A DNA stretch of 63,958 nucleotides, filler included, from Collodictyon triciliatum (GCA_043381765.1; 8 parts of 8 records of this genome joined end to end with filler, not necessarily neighbours in it); one strand, 5' to 3'. Shown: positions 1 through 14,141, counted from the first letter of the whole stretch. Notes: a model not told the origin generated them from the letters alone. Program-made: numbers and translations.

Positions 1-96
1 GTTTTTGTTTTTGTTTTTGTTTTTGTTTTTGTTTTTGTTTTTGTTTTTGTTTTTGTTTTTGTTTTTGTTTTTGTTTTTGTTTTTGTTTTTGTTTTT
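1..96. repeat. (GTTTTT)n microsatellite
   Basis: Perfect hexamer array seen directly. Confidence 0.95.
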
Positions 97-117
97 CCAA
101 TACACTTCTGAATGTAG

Positions 118-181
118 ATTGAGGATAACCACCGACTCAGCACCCACGATCGCCGTTTGGCACAAGACGCTTGGCCTCTGA
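118..181 (+). CDS. Possible terminal exon of an upstream gene (PH-domain-like C-terminal helix)
   Basis: Acceptor aatgtag after the repeat. One frame reads LRITTDSAPTIAVWHKTLGL*, resembling a PH-domain C-terminal strand and Trp helix. Short and weak. Confidence 0.25.
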
Positions 182-827
182 AATGGATGACGCAAACGGA
201 GGACAGGAATCACCACCTCCGCAGCACTTTGTCTCCGACGTATGTTTTTTGTTGGGGTCGTCAGTGGAGTTTGGCTTTGGTGACAGGTGTCACCGATGAG
301 AAAACATCTCAGATTTCAGAGAAATTGCGAACGCTCTAACCGAAAGGGCGTCGAAATAGAACGCGACTGACCACACAAGACTCTATGTAAAGTGATACAG
401 AACGCAATATTGTTGATGGGAAGCAACAGGACAGTGAGATAGAGCAATGGTTTATCCCATCCACTGACGCGCAGATACAGAGGATCTGTAATGCAGTCTC
501 GTGCTCTCCATGTTCCTATTTTATAAATATTGCCTTCTTTTTGTTGCGAAATAATGACGATCGGAAACGAAGGGAAATAAAAAGTGCAGAGTATCTAAGG
601 CAACATCCAGAGAAATGCTTCGTGTGGACGAGTTTGACGGGTAAATCATAGCTTAATAAAAGGGTTGGTTCTAGAAATTGCGCTGAAGAATGAAAAAAAA
701 ATAATCGAATCGCAGGTCATTTAGTTGGACGTCGGTCGATTTATGCGACCCTTAATAAACCTCGTCCAAGGCGCGCAATTATTCTGAGGATTTAAACTTG
801 TCGGCTGCTGACTAAAACCCATAAACT

Positions 828-2513
828 TTAAACCTCCTCTTGGTACTGAAGCAAACGCCGCTTCATTTCCGGGACAAATCTAAGAATGTTGTTGTCTTCT
901 GGCGCCAGAGGCTCGTTATACTTTTCTCCTTTTGCCCACTGCTCATTGAGCCGGTTTTCATCCCACACAAGAACTCGCCCAGCCGCGCTTCCTTTTCTTC
1001 TGTCTACATACTCCTCCCACGTGCGATAGCGGTAATGGTACGTCAAAAAGTATTCATTCACATATGTGCTTACACTCCTTGGGCGGACACCAACATCACG
1101 CTTGAGTCGGACATAATGAGGACCGTATCCTTGCATAGAAATAGTATGATAAGGTTGAAAAATTGCTTTGGGATTGCGAGGAGAAGATAAAGTGACTTTG
1201 CTGCAAGCCTCCATCACGGTTTTCCCCGCAGCATCCTTTTGATATCCACAAGGGCCGAAGGTGAGGCTACCGGAATGTAAATACTTCTTATTTGAATACT
1301 CTAATTTCAAAATGTCACTAATGTATGTATATTTTTTCGCAGGAACAAGGAATTCATCAACATCGATGAGAGACATCCATTCTGTTGTACGACCAAACTG
1401 ATTAATGCAATCGGTGAGGGCATCTGTCTGAGCATGCTGAAAAGGCCACTTCACCATAACGATATCCGTTTTTCGGTTATTTTTTTCGTCAAATAGGCGT
1501 TGCGACTCTAAATACGCGTTCATATCTGAATCAGGCTCATTATCGGGGTTATTGTCATATAGAATAAATCTATCGACACCAATGATACGATGATATTCAA
1601 TCCACACGGGAAGGTTGAGCCCCTCTCGCTTGACAATGGCACAAACACTCAGAAATACTATGGGTTCTATTGAAACGAGCGTGACATGATACTTGAAAGG
1701 GAGTGAAAGAATTACATGGTCGTAAGTTAGGCGGAGGGTAGAACCAAATGGAGAAAATGACGGGAGCGGACAATCTGCCAAGGTGGCGTCGATATGATTG
1801 GCCTCCACAATCTCCACGCCATCCTCAGGGTGATACCAAACGCAATACAATTGATTACACTTGTCCTCGCGGGGCATATTTGGCAAAAAGTATGAGACCA
1901 CCCGAATTAATTTCAAACTAATAGGGTGAACAAAGATACTTTTGATTTCAAATGGTCTCTCGGGCTGAATTAATAGATCGTAAAAGTGCATATTATATAT
2001 GTCGGTATCTTGTTTTACAGATACTCGCCATTCATTCCAGCACTGCCCTTGGCATGAAACCGATGTTGGTAAAGGGCACTCTAGCAAATGCTCTGTTAAG
2101 CACACAGGTTCAGTCTCGTGCTGAGCGACGGCGAAGCGATCATCATCGTTACCACTTGACAATGAGTAGTGATCGAAGAGACAAACAGCCCCTATTGCAC
2201 TGCATTTCTTCTCCAAACTGAGGTAGAATCGAGGTCTCGTACGATGAGAGCAGTGCGAAACACAGGAATGAGGCCGTGGTATTTGTGCAAATCGGAGCCA
2301 AAAGTCTCTGTCTGGGTGGTTAGCTGGAGGGAATTGAATAGCTACATCGAAAGGGTGTACATCTGGGATGGTTGCGTTCTCGCTGGTTTTCTGGGCCTTA
2401 GTATCGTGTTCCTTTATAGTCCGGATCGTAGTTGAATTGAAAAGGAATGGCGCACCTAGTGATAGAGTCACCGAGATGATGACCAATAACAACCTTGCCA
2501 AAAGAATCCGCAT
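828..2513 (-). CDS. Glycosyltransferase family 92 (DUF23)-like type II membrane protein, copy A, intronless CDS
   Basis: 561-aa ORF with an N-terminal hydrophobic anchor and GT92/GT-A motifs LSVCAIVKREG-NLPVWIEYHRIIGVDRFILYDN, AQ...DC, WMSLIDVDEFLVP (DxD), PKAI, YHYR. Confidence 0.85.
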   Translation of the reverse strand: MRILLARLLLVIISVTLSLGAPFLFNSTTIRTIKEHDTKAQKTSENATIPDVHPFDVAIQFPPANHPDRDFWLRFAQIPRPHSCVSHCSHRTRPRFYLSLEKKCSAIGAVCLFDHYSLSSGNDDDRFAVAQHETEPVCLTEHLLECPLPTSVSCQGQCWNEWRVSVKQDTDIYNMHFYDLLIQPERPFEIKSIFVHPISLKLIRVVSYFLPNMPREDKCNQLYCVWYHPEDGVEIVEANHIDATLADCPLPSFSPFGSTLRLTYDHVILSLPFKYHVTLVSIEPIVFLSVCAIVKREGLNLPVWIEYHRIIGVDRFILYDNNPDNEPDSDMNAYLESQRLFDEKNNRKTDIVMVKWPFQHAQTDALTDCINQFGRTTEWMSLIDVDEFLVPAKKYTYISDILKLEYSNKKYLHSGSLTFGPCGYQKDAAGKTVMEACSKVTLSSPRNPKAIFQPYHTISMQGYGPHYVRLKRDVGVRPRSVSTYVNEYFLTYHYRYRTWEEYVDRRKGSAAGRVLVWDENRLNEQWAKGEKYNEPLAPEDNNILRFVPEMKRRLLQYQEEV

Positions 2514-2677
2514 TTATACTGCGTTCACCCGATGCAGCGAATTACAAAGGCAGGAGGTAAGCCGGAGGAGTCGGTCTGGAGCAGCAAGAAGGCGGAATCT
2601 GGTTACAGGCTAAATGTTTTGTTCATTCATATAAATACACGAAGCCAAGAAAGGACATGCAGAGGTGAAGTCTGACA

Positions 2678-3116
2678 AAGGAGAAAGTAAAGAGAAAAGT
2701 AAAGAGAAAAGAGAAAAGGAAAAAGGAAAAAGGAAAAAGGAAAAAGGAAAAAGGAAAAGGAAAAAGGAAAAAATGAGAAAAAAGGAAAAAGAAAAGAAAA
2801 GAACAGAGAAAAGAAAAAAGAAAAGAAAAGAACAGAGAAAAAAAGAAATGGGAAAAAGGAAAAAGGACAGAAAAGAACAGAGAAAAGAAAGAAGAAGAAA
2901 AAGAAAAGAAATGGGAAAAAGGAAAAAGGACAGAAAAGAACAGAGAAAAGAAAGAAGAAGAAAAAGAAAAGAGAATGGGAAAAAGGAAAAAGGACAGAAA
3001 AGAACAGAGAAAAGAAAGAAGAAAAAAGAAAAAGAAAAAAGAAATGGGAAAAAAGGAAAAAGAAAAAGAAAAAGAAAAAGAAAAAGAAAAAGAAAAGAAA
3101 AAAGAAAAAAGGAAAG
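2678..3116. repeat. Polypurine tract with about three copies of a ~63-bp higher-order unit
   Basis: Unit aatgggaaaaaggaaaaaggacagaaaagaacagagaaaagaaagaagaag... repeats at about 2847-3030 inside an almost pure A/G tract. Confidence 0.85.
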
Positions 3117-4005
3117 CATTCATATTTGTCCGCATTTGAACAGCATCTTCACAGTTCCTGTAGGTGCTTTAAAGTGAGTTCAGTCCTGGAAACACTCTGC
3201 CTCGACGACCTCCATGGCCCCACCACCCCTGCGGGACTGACTGCGACTCGCCAGCGCCTTGTCCTCGCAGCCAGACGATTTGCCGATACCAAATTGGTTG
3301 CGGGGTTTCCACCAGTTTGAACACTCGAATTAACCTGGCATTGGTTTGAGGAACTGGCTTTTCGTTATAAATGTACGGAACCACGACCAATAAATCGGCC
3401 GTCAGGCACCCCGCCCACTGGTGGCTTCTTTGCACTCGGCAAATGTTGAGCAGAGCGCAAGAAAAGAAAGAAAGCAGAGTAATGATTTGGTCGCTTCACT
3501 TAAAAAAATACCAGTGAAAAATATCAGGGGGGTATGGGGTTTGTCTTTCGTAAAATAGAAACTTGATGCGCACCAACGAAATAAAATAAGCTCTATGTCC
3601 TTTTAGCTTCCAAACGTCATAGGTTGGCGGGCAATAGGTAGATATATTGGTTTTGGATTGAAACGGATGCATTTATTGGATTTCTGTTTTTTATATCGAA
3701 CATAGACCCATGTCCAATAATTTTGTGAATTTGAAGAAACCAGAACTATCCAGCTAAGGTCGTGGGGAATGGAAGGACAGATATCCAAGCAAAAGGTATT
3801 GTGGAAGGTCTGCTAGCGACGGAGATTTGCATTATAATCGTGTAATAATAACTTGTTTCATCTTTTGCTTCCTTTTATATATTGCTTCCACAAGTACTGA
3901 ATGTTGTGTCAATCAAAATTTGGTGGATGGTAGATATTTCTGAGAATATTGCAAACAGATTATTTTGATTATGAAAACTTGCATGTTTGCACCTTGCTGC
4001 ATGAG

Positions 4006-7000
4006 CTATCCTGTATATATTGATATAATCGAGTCTGCAGAACCCGCGGCGAGCAGGAGTTTGTGGCTATGATATGATTTTTTTTAAAAAAAATCACAAT
4101 ATAAAAAACTATATTTCGGAATTAACTATTTGATTCAAAGGTGTGCTTAAAGATATTTACTTAAATATGGGGGAAGGGCGGCATTTCTAAATAAATATCA
4201 GAAAATCATATAGAAATGACATGAAGATATTTTGGACAGAGGTCATTAATTAACAAACGGATGGAAAGCCAAGCTCGAAACCACTCCAATCCGTTGCCCT
4301 AGAAAACCGTTGTGATATTGAATGATGTTGACGGTTTCAGACTTTGGGTTGAAGACTTTTATCTGCTGGCTTTTTGATGCGCTGATTATACCATACACGG
4401 TGAGAAATCGTACTCTTCAATGACACTATGAGGTGTTTGCAAATATAGTGCTTTTTTTTCAAGAAAGCATACTAACCTTGCGAGTAGTGGAAGATTTTCA
4501 TGCGCCTGTTTAGAGAGAAACATATTTGTGTCCTTAATACAATAAATGTGCAAATGGAGTAAGAGAAAGGATGTCATATTGTTAAATATGATTAATACTG
4601 TGAATGATATCATCGAGTTCGAGTGAGCCTGTATATTTTTCACAGAAGCAGCAGAGCGAGTATCCCAAAATCTAATATCTCCGCCCACTGAGCCTGAAAC
4701 AATCTAAGACCCACGACAATACATTAAATCACACACTAAGCATTTATCTTTTTAGTCTTTCAAATAATGTTTTTCATACCGTAGAGCCTTGGTTTTGGAT
4801 ACACGTGTTTACTACCCATGATTTGTGCTCTGAAAATGCCTGAACCAAACTAATTTGTTTGTTTATTTTTATATGTATTTAAGACATCTACCAAGGAGGA
4901 AATGAAAAAAAGTTGGTGAGGATATCCAGCTCATTACTATTGTTAAAATACGAAAAAAAAAACCTCGATGATTGAGGCGCCCGCGTATCATATAATCGAA
5001 CATAGCCGTCTGAGAACCCGGCTGATAATATATTACTAGAAACAGCCTTTTAAAGTATAAAGAAAAAGAACAAGAAGAGAACAATTGAGAAGAGAGAAGA
5101 AATAGGTTGGGAAATATGAGAAATGATGTGAAAATAAAACCCAAAGACATTATTGAATCGTTACTGTTACTGCTCTCATGCTTCGCAAGAAATATTCAAT
5201 ATTCAAATTCATATGTAAGTCTGAGGTATTGTTTAGATTGAATAGAGACCAACCAGACTAGTTACGGATGCTTCTGTGTTCAGAGGTATTTCTTGTAGAG
5301 TTAATTGTTGATGCACGTTCCATAATTTGATATAATTCACGTCGCCTGATGTGACCTTTTGCATGAGTTGGTTAAGGAAGAAAATACCTAGAGAAAATAT
5401 ATCCATAGACAGTGATGTATTTGAGTTTCTAGGGGTAATTGAAATATCATGCCACCATAATATCTGTGTCTGTCGACCAGTCCATGACCAACCCAGAACC
5501 ACTTTGCTTAATCAGGGAGCTATCAAAGGCTCTCCAGCCAGAGATAAGTTGTTGCTATGAATTGATATATGAGATAAATTATCAAACAACAATGTCGAAG
5601 AAAAATTGAAATGAGCTGATTGCGATATGTAACTGCTGCATTATGTTATATATGTTCAACTTGATGGACGATTGAATAGGTAAGATAGATTTTGGTAGGC
5701 TAGAACCTCCCCATGTACATCATATCTCCTCCATATGCGGATGACTGAATCATCTATTACATTACGTCAAAATCAGGGACAGGAATATTGCATGAGTTTC
5801 ATCATCAAAAGTGAAAATACTGGAGAATAAAATGGTTAAATGTAAGAAAAAGTGATTATGAAAGTATTTTAGAGGGAAAAAAAAACCTGAAGCGACAGCA
5901 AGGAGAGACAAATCATAATCACTGTATATCTTAAAAGACGTAATGCGATTCTTGGGTAAACATAAATTGTGAAAATAATTGATTTTGGCCCCTTGCTCTA
6001 TATCCCAGACACTAATGGATAGTTGATAGTAGAATGAGGAATGATGTGTGAGTATAAATACTAGCATCATTTTTCTTTATTCATTTCTGGGATTGGGCAT
6101 ATTATCGACTAATACACCCACCGAAGAAAGAAACATAATAAAAATCATACAACACAGTCAGCATCTAGAAGATTCCGTCATTTCAATAAAATAAAAAATA
6201 TTGGCAGTATAAAAACCTTATGGAATTTTTTTCATCGGCGATGATAAGGTGATTTTCGTATGGATGGAATGTCATCGCATATATGAGCTCAGAGCTGTTG
6301 TCCAGTAGGGCTATTTGTCTATCGAACTTTGAAGAAACTATCGCGTTTTATTTGGAGATAAAGGTTAGGGTATTAGGTTTACTGCATTTCTGTTAAAAAA
6401 AAAACATTATCTCGACATATACTAAGGTCAAGCTGAAATTATCAAACCAGGTTTAATTCCAACAGAGCGAATGTCATCTTTGAGCCTATCGTTTCGAGAC
6501 TGGCGCCAACGGCGCTCATAACAGATTTCAGAGTGAGGGTCGACGTTCATCCTTTTAAGCCAAGAAATTAGCAAATGCGATGAGGTATTTTTTTATATTC
6601 AGTTTACATATTTTAACAGACAAACTTTTATTAATAATCGACCAATAATCAAATGATGTATGTTGGTATATGAATTTTTATATCAAAAATCAAAAAACCA
6701 GTAAAACAAGAGACCAATAAATGTATAAATCAATAAACTGATCAACTTATAGCTAATAAAAAAATGTATTTGACAAACTTTTGTCTTGAAATATTGAATC
6801 GCTTGCAACACCACTCGTAAAAACCATTAGGCTGAATGTTTCCCTCTTCATCAATAGTAAACCCTAAGCTTTCCCATGTTCTGTCTTGTTCATGTCCATA
6901 TGGTTCTGCGCTCTGTGCTCTTCGTAAACGCTCCTCTACTGAGTCCTATAAAAACATCATCGATTTTTAAGTTGGCAGCGAAAACGTTTATGAGCCGCAA

Positions 7001-8748
7001 AAAAATCAATGAAGCCATTTTGAGAAACTATGTGAAAGTAGTTAAGTGGCACTGTTTGTTTGCAGAAAATACTGGCAGGGTGTTGGCAGTATTCATGATA
7101 CATGCGTTGCTCTATTCAAAACAATACAGCTAGTCCTGGTAAAATTGCTTTACTTGGTCAACCCCACGGGGGGTGGATTGACTAGCGGTCGATGCTTTCC
7201 GATAAGTTGTAGTTGGTGTGGATATGACTGGCCTTCCAGATAGTCCTGCTGTTGAACCCGTCCTGTGATGTACCCTCTTCGGGGCGCTGAAACTCAGAAA
7301 CGGATAAATAGAGCACCTTTCCAGAGGCAGTCTCCATTTCAGGGAGGATATGACCTATATCAAATATGGCACAAAATGAATAAAATTTTAATATAGAAAT
7401 TCCTTCAAAAAATAAGGCAAGGGAACGAGAGAGAATGAAACAAAAAATAGGGGAGGGGCTATCATTAAAGCAGAAAGGAATGAGACTCATAATGCATAAT
7501 CATAGTCGTATGCTTTCATAGCTCAGATACCCGTTGTACAAGAGCGACTGCGAGTTGTGATACAGATGTAATTGGGTCATGCAGATGGTTTAGAAAGGCC
7601 TCCCATATGGAGCTATATGTCGAACTTTTTTTTCTTGAATATTGGGATATCAGCAGAGATACCTGCATTGAGTTGATAAGATAGTGCCGGGAAAGGAACT
7701 GGTATGGTCGTTCATAACTTTGATTTTTCAGAGCTTTATCCTCTTGTTTATTTGCGTGTAAGATTCAGTTTTGTTTCTGAAAATACCACCTCCGGACCTA
7801 GTTCCACCGATTCATTGGTCTCTTCACTTTTCTTTTTTATGTCTTCAACAACATAAAGAAATACACATTCTTGGAAAATATTCTCATGCGACTCAACGAG
7901 GTAGGATAATGCAACAATCTAGTAAATAAATATACATCGTTTTAGTCAAAGAAATAAAAAAAATAAACAAACAAGTAGTGTACTGAGGACTGGTAGCATG
8001 CAAGGAATACAAATGCATTGAAAAAAAAACTATAATTGATAAAGAAAACCTGCTCTCGACGAACCAGCGAGCTCAAATCCGAAGACAAGGTTAGAAGAGA
8101 GAGTCCTATGTCCTGCTCTATACCTATGCGCTCTTCTTGCTTGGATTCGCTCTTCCGAATGAATGACCCAAGAGCATATACAGCCGCTGCGCGAACCTAG
8201 TGAATTCAACCATTATCGCTGTTAATATTGAAAATGATATGCGTGAAATTCTAGTGAGTTAATAGAAAAATTGTAAAAATAGTAGTAAATACCTCCTGAG
8301 CAGGGTCATGAAGTAACTGCAACAGCTTTTCAAGGAAACCGTGCTTGATTGCAGCGATTTTTGGTTCTTCGTACTCAGTCCACAAGTTCGCAAGGCACAT
8401 GCATAACCATTTTCGAATCGAATCGTCTTCTTCATGAAGCATCTCAAGACATATATCCAATAGACTAGATCCGAAACATATAGTCTGATTATTTTTATAT
8501 TTTTTTTGTGAGTAAGTAACCCAGTCATTACAATTCATAGAGACTCTTGATTTCATAAATTAAGTGTAAATGCTTTGAAAAGAAAGGAAACCTGTCCCAC
8601 AGGATATTTATACATAATCAAGGATAAAACAAAAGCTGCACATGTTTTTTGCTCTTTTGGAACTTTTGAAGACGTCAAAACATTAATGAAATACACGTGG
8701 CAGTTATCCTTCACTAAATCAACTTGGCACGTCTACATGATTTGATTA

Positions 8749-8840
<92 letters not shown>

Positions 8841-8940
8841 NNNNNNNNNNNNNNNNNNNNNNNNNNNNNNNNNNNNNNNNNNNNNNNNNNNNNNNNNNNN
8901 NNNNNNNNNNNNNNNNNNNNNNNNNNNNNNNNNNNNNNNN

Positions 8941-9021
<81 letters not shown>

Positions 9022-11450
9022 AAAGCGAGTGGTTAGAAATATCCATTCATTCAAAATAATTGATGTTGAATTAAGTTGGCATTATATTGTTAATTGAGGT
9101 TTAACAAATTAAATATAAAATGCATAATTAACTGACTGAGTCGACCGAGAGAAGCTTGGCCCAAATAAAAACAAGAGTTTCTCTTAAATCAGCAGACGGA
9201 CTTTGAAGAAGCTTGAGTACATATGGGAATATTCCGACAGACAGAGCCTGGTAAAGAGGGGATATTAAATGTTTGTTCGATTTTTCAAGTAAACTGTTCA
9301 TTTGAGTTTGTCAAGACACAAATTCTCCTCTTCACATAGTCTCAATAGAGCTTTTATCAGGACCATACCATCGATAGAAAGGGGGTTTAATAGTCATGCA
9401 TTGTGTGCCTCACCATATTCACTGCCCACGACCCAAGGTCCAGAAAATGTGCAAGCAGATCCAAAGCCCTCAAGCGATGAGATTGACTTAGTAAAACTTG
9501 AAGCACAATAGGGAGTTGAGCCGCTTTTCCTTTCTGCTCAGATGCCAACTCAAGCCACATTTCGAATGCAGTTAGTTGTTCTGCAAAGAAATTGCTTGGC
9601 TGGGAAATGAAAATAAGAAAAAGTGCATTGTAAATAAATTATCGGATTATTATCATAATGGTTCCATGGATTTACAATGAATATGTGAGTATGTACAAAT
9701 GATATTGAGGATAATGTAAATGATATAGATTATATAATTAAAAGAATCAGAATGACCAAGTTGTCTGTTTACCTGGAACGATAAGTCTGGATTTGTCTCA
9801 AATGACGAAAGTTGAGCAAAATACCCCTCCAATGCCAAGTCCCAAGATTCCCTATCACCAATATTTGCGTTAAATAAAATATCGCTCTTGGACAAATAGT
9901 TTTGCTATATAATGTGTCCTATTAATATTTGGCAAATATGATTATTGAGTAGAAAAAGTCTATATTAAGGAAATGAAAACCATAGTGTATGAGATGAAGT
10001 AGATGGAATTTTTGGATAGCAGATTGGGTGGCATTGGTAACTTCGCATGACCCTCTCAGCAAACAAATAGTTTCGCATCAAAGAAGCCACAAGCATATCC
10101 TGTCGGAACAGTTTCTGAAACATCTCTAATGCGAAATTGGTTTTTCGAAAATAGAAATGAATATGCAATTAGAAATTAATGACTCATTTTCATATTTTGA
10201 ATATTCATACACACCATTAATATCATACATTTGAACTTCATAACAGAAAAACATATCATTAGAGTATTTTAAATGTTACCCAGGGGCAGCGCATTCCATG
10301 CAATGGAATCTGTAACAGCGGTAAATATCCAGTTTAACTCACCAAGTGGTGTTCTACGATCAGTAAGCCGACCAGGCAACTTCTCAGCTGATTCGATTGT
10401 GATTTTAATCAATTGAGATTTTTGTGCAAACCTGAAAATAGTTGTGTTTTTTTTAAAAAAAAAAAATGGTATATATCATTCAGGTTTTGATAGAGCTGGA
10501 AAAAAGGAAAAGAAGAAAGCATCCATAGGTTACACATAAGTGATGGGAAATTAAGAAATCATATGTATGTATATATATATATTAATCATTCTGGATACCA
10601 TCTAATTGCAACTTGTATCGGAGTGGTTAGGCACGCAGTAAATAAGTCTGCTGGCATAAGATAATTCAAAGGAATATTTTCTCCTATGCTACAAGATGCA
10701 AGAATGATGCAGTCGCGGGCATTCATGGATAACTCTGACCCGTCCGTGTGCGCCGATGTGGTGGATGGTTTTCTCTGTTAATTGCACAACAGTTGAGCAA
10801 TAAAGATTGTGAATTAAGGAAAGATAAAGAAAAAGAATTGAAGACACCAAATTATGGTATTTCTTTTAATATTGAGTAGCTGGAGACTTTCCTGCAATTG
10901 TGAAAATAATAATAAAAAAAATAGTGCGTCTCTAACGTTAAATATCAAAGGAGAAAGTAGTCAAACATACCTCATTTTCTCTGTCCCTCTGGTCGGCAAA
11001 CTCCAGGTAGGACTTAACTATCAGCCCAGCGTTGGAGCAATCAAATACATACAGGGATGGGCTTCCCATCCATGTTTGTAACTCATAAATAGATAATGGA
11101 ATATATTGTGTATATTGCTACAGATTGAAAATAAACATGTTATATTCTGATCAAACAGCTTTTTGTAAGGCTTTTTATTTATCTAGCAAGCATCTCAACT
11201 TGTTTTACAGAGTAATTTGTTGGTTGAGGTAAAAATACATGATGAACTATTAGGCAGAACCTTATTGAAAACCCAAATTTCTCCATTAGAAGTTGGCTTC
11301 GGAACTCCATGTCCGTTATAATGAAATAAAATCCGTTCGTCCTTGGATGATTTTCTCATAGATGTACACATTTTTTTCACATCTTCTGACGTAGGGTCCA
11401 GGCATTGTTTGAAGCGAGCCTTAAGATAATCCAATTTACAACGAACAAAA

Positions 11451-11485
<35 letters not shown>

Positions 11486-12651
11486 ATGTTGCCTAAGAGA
11501 GTATGGGATCAAATTACACAGAATGTTACATATTGAAAAACTTTGTAATTACCTTTGATTGCCATACTTCGTATTGTGCTTGTAAATTCTTGCCTATATT
11601 TTCCAGAGCCTTCGCGGGAGTTTGTTCTGTGGGGTCTATAAGCAGATTTCATGGTCAAGGGAATTCTCTATACAGAGACACATCCAAATACATATCAATT
11701 CGGACACTTACCAATCCAGCATTGCATTTTTGCAAATGGGGGGATCTTGACGGCATCTGGCGGATCAACACCGATATTCAAGCACACAACGAGACCAACA
11801 CTGACTGTTTTCATCTTTAACCAGAAATAGAAATCCGTCAATCTTTTCAACCATATATTAATCAAAGGTAGCAAAAAAATCCATAGTTGAAAGTACTCCC
11901 GATTCTCAAAAATATCCATTATACAAAAATATTATGGGAATAAGGTATTGTTTCTTTACATTAAATTATTTTGATACTAGTTTTCACAAAGTCGTACTTC
12001 CTCATCGCAGTGCTGAAAAATGAAATATATTTCGATTCATTCATAACAATAAATCGGCCAATTACCCTATCTTTTATGCGCCAAGGAGTAACTTTTGCGG
12101 GTTCCTGGAACCACGTCATGAGACTTTTTTCCTCCTGGTATTGGGCCTCGGCAAAAATTCCATTGGCTCTGAATGGAGCTTGTTTCTGTGCTGGCTTTGC
12201 TATTGGATTCTCACTTTCCTGATATCGAGGAAGAAAGCTGGGAATGCTCTCCTCTACTACAAGAGAACTACTCTAAGCTTGCAGAATAAAATAGCCGTAA
12301 TAACGTATTGTTTTTAATCATGGCAGCTGTAAATAGATATATGATAACGGTTTGTATTTCGGAAAAAGTGAACTAGTCAGCATTTCATGGTTAAAATAAT
12401 TAAAATTTTAGCTAATAAATCAATATATATAGCGATGTGCTAGGATATACTATGGGCTGCGTTTAATTGAAAAGATACCCTATGAAGAAGTGTTAAAAAA
12501 AAGGAAAGTAAAACAGCGAAAATAATTAGTAAACAGTGGCTTCACCCTGGTTCACATTGTCTCCGTATTGTGAGAGGTCTTCAGTAGAGCGTCCCGTGCT
12601 TTCAAGAGATTTAACTGTCTTTGAAGAGTCTGATGAAAGTCGGTGTGCCAT
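4006..12651 (-). CDS. RPTOR: Raptor/KOG1 (TORC1 subunit), multi-exon, apparently complete
   Basis: GT-AG spliced exons give [117 protein letters not shown] repeats and WD40 repeats ending GFLGQRIG...[24 protein letters not shown] (TAG at 4006-4008). Start ATG at 12651 is inferred. Confidence 0.96.
8744..9020. repeat. (ATT)n microsatellite with a 100-N gap, in a Raptor intron
   Basis: Seen directly. Confidence 0.95.
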
Positions 12652-12891
12652 GCGCTCACCAAAAGATGGCAAGAGCCAGTCGACGGTTCCTATGTCAACT
12701 TTCGTGAAAGATGGCTCACAGACAGCAGAGACTTATGGTTAATTTTTTTCAAATGGTTTTCCTGTTTTCTTACTATTATTCAATATTCTTTGTTTTTTGT
12801 TTTTTTGTTTTTTTTGTTTTTTTTTGTTTTTTTTGTTTTTTTGTTTTTTTGTTTTTTTGTTTTTTTTGTTTTTTTGTTTTTTTTTGTTTTT

Positions 12892-12990
12892 NNNNNNNNN
12901 NNNNNNNNNNNNNNNNNNNNNNNNNNNNNNNNNNNTTAATTAATTAANNNNNNNNNNNNNNNNNNNNNNNNNNNNNNNNNNNNNNNNNNN
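12892..12990. other. Artificial contig linker N-TTAATTAATTAA-N (1 of 7)
   Basis: Six-frame-stop 12-mer at 12936-12947 flanked by about 44 Ns on each side. Confidence 0.95.
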
Positions 12991-12991
12991 N

Positions 12992-13075
<84 letters not shown>

Positions 13076-13183
13076 AAAAAAAAAACAAAAACAAAGACAG
13101 AGACCAAAATGCAAATGTGGAAGCATAATCTGATGTGTTCCAGGATGATTCATGAAACTAATCTGATAAAAACAAAACAAAAG

Positions 13184-13357
13184 GCGGAGACTGTTGCTCG
13201 CAGCGGGTTCTGCGGACTCTATTATTTCGATCTATTCTGGTATTTATTTTGAATCCTTCAATATCTTCCATCATCTTGGGTCGTTATAAATTCTGGATTA
13301 TTAATGGCGCATCATGTTATTGATTCCACAGAGAAATCACCACAAACCTGTCGCTAA
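13184..13357 (+). CDS. RPTOR: Terminal conserved exon of a second Raptor paralog (upstream part lost at the contig start)
   Basis: aactaat branch-like site and aaag acceptor, then (P)[19 protein letters not shown] versus (P)[19 protein letters not shown] in copy A, with the same phase-2 junction. Ends by read-through to TAA 13289 or via a GT(13240)-AG(13331) intron to EKSPQTCR* at 13357. Confidence 0.85.
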
Positions 13358-14141
13358 ACTATCACACCAATATTTCGAATCAAGAAAATCATGTGGAATT
13401 GCTCGCTTAAAAGCATAAAACACATACAAGAACAAAGAAACCAGACTGAATGTAAACTTACAGGTGCCAACATCTCTGGGGACCGATAGCAAAGCACGAT
13501 TTGGTGATATCACTGCAGTTGTATCGACTTCAGATAGCACACCACACGGCCCAGCTTTCACAATTTTTTTTGTCATCCTCTTCACATTCTCTCCTTCAAA
13601 TCCCTCCTTAATTCAGTTTCTTTCATTCAATTCCTTCCCTTCTTTTTCTTATAAAGAGAGAAAAAAAAACATGATAAACACGTCCACAAGAAATAAACTC
13701 TCTTACCAAAGCAGATTCACCAGCAGAGAAACAATTGTGAACCGCCCTTTTTTTTTTCTTTTTTTTTTTCCAATCGCTCAAAGTAACATCCTTCCGGCAA
13801 CATCACGAACCAAACCTTCAACCACGCGCGAGGGAATGGGACAGCGAAAACAGCGGAGCTTTAAATCCCACAAATAGGCAAAGATTCAATCTAGATTCTA
13901 TTTCTGCACAAATCCATTTCACGGACTTTCCGAATCGGCAATCGCCACTGATCAGGTTTGTTTTTTTCCAGCCGCACAAAAGCCAGCGGAAAAGGCGAAC
14001 GCGAACGCGAACGCGAAAGTGAGAAAACAGGCGGAGAAAACATCTTCACGTAGAGCATTTCTGTATATACTGCAAGTGGTGAGATACTAAATGCTACTTT
14101 ATCTTTTGTCATCCACAGAAGCTGCCGGGTGGATATGCGCA

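Noticed and set aside
2610-3177. Long F/S/L-rich and K/R/E-rich ORFs here and at other repeats (e.g. 18513-19157, 51253-52042, 62425-63202)
   Set aside because: Translations of microsatellites and N gaps; no protein signal beyond the embedded true exons.
3170-3440. Structured ncRNA such as RNase P or MRP
   Set aside because: The conserved P4/CR motifs could not be found on either strand.
10432-10598. Raptor intron with donor GTATCCAG as a second U12 candidate
   Set aside because: No CCTTRAY-like branch near the acceptor; fits an ordinary GT-AG intron.
12936-12947. TTAATTAATTAA recurring seven times as a possible biological motif
   Set aside because: Always centred in Ns with about 100 nt total; a six-frame-stop assembly linker.
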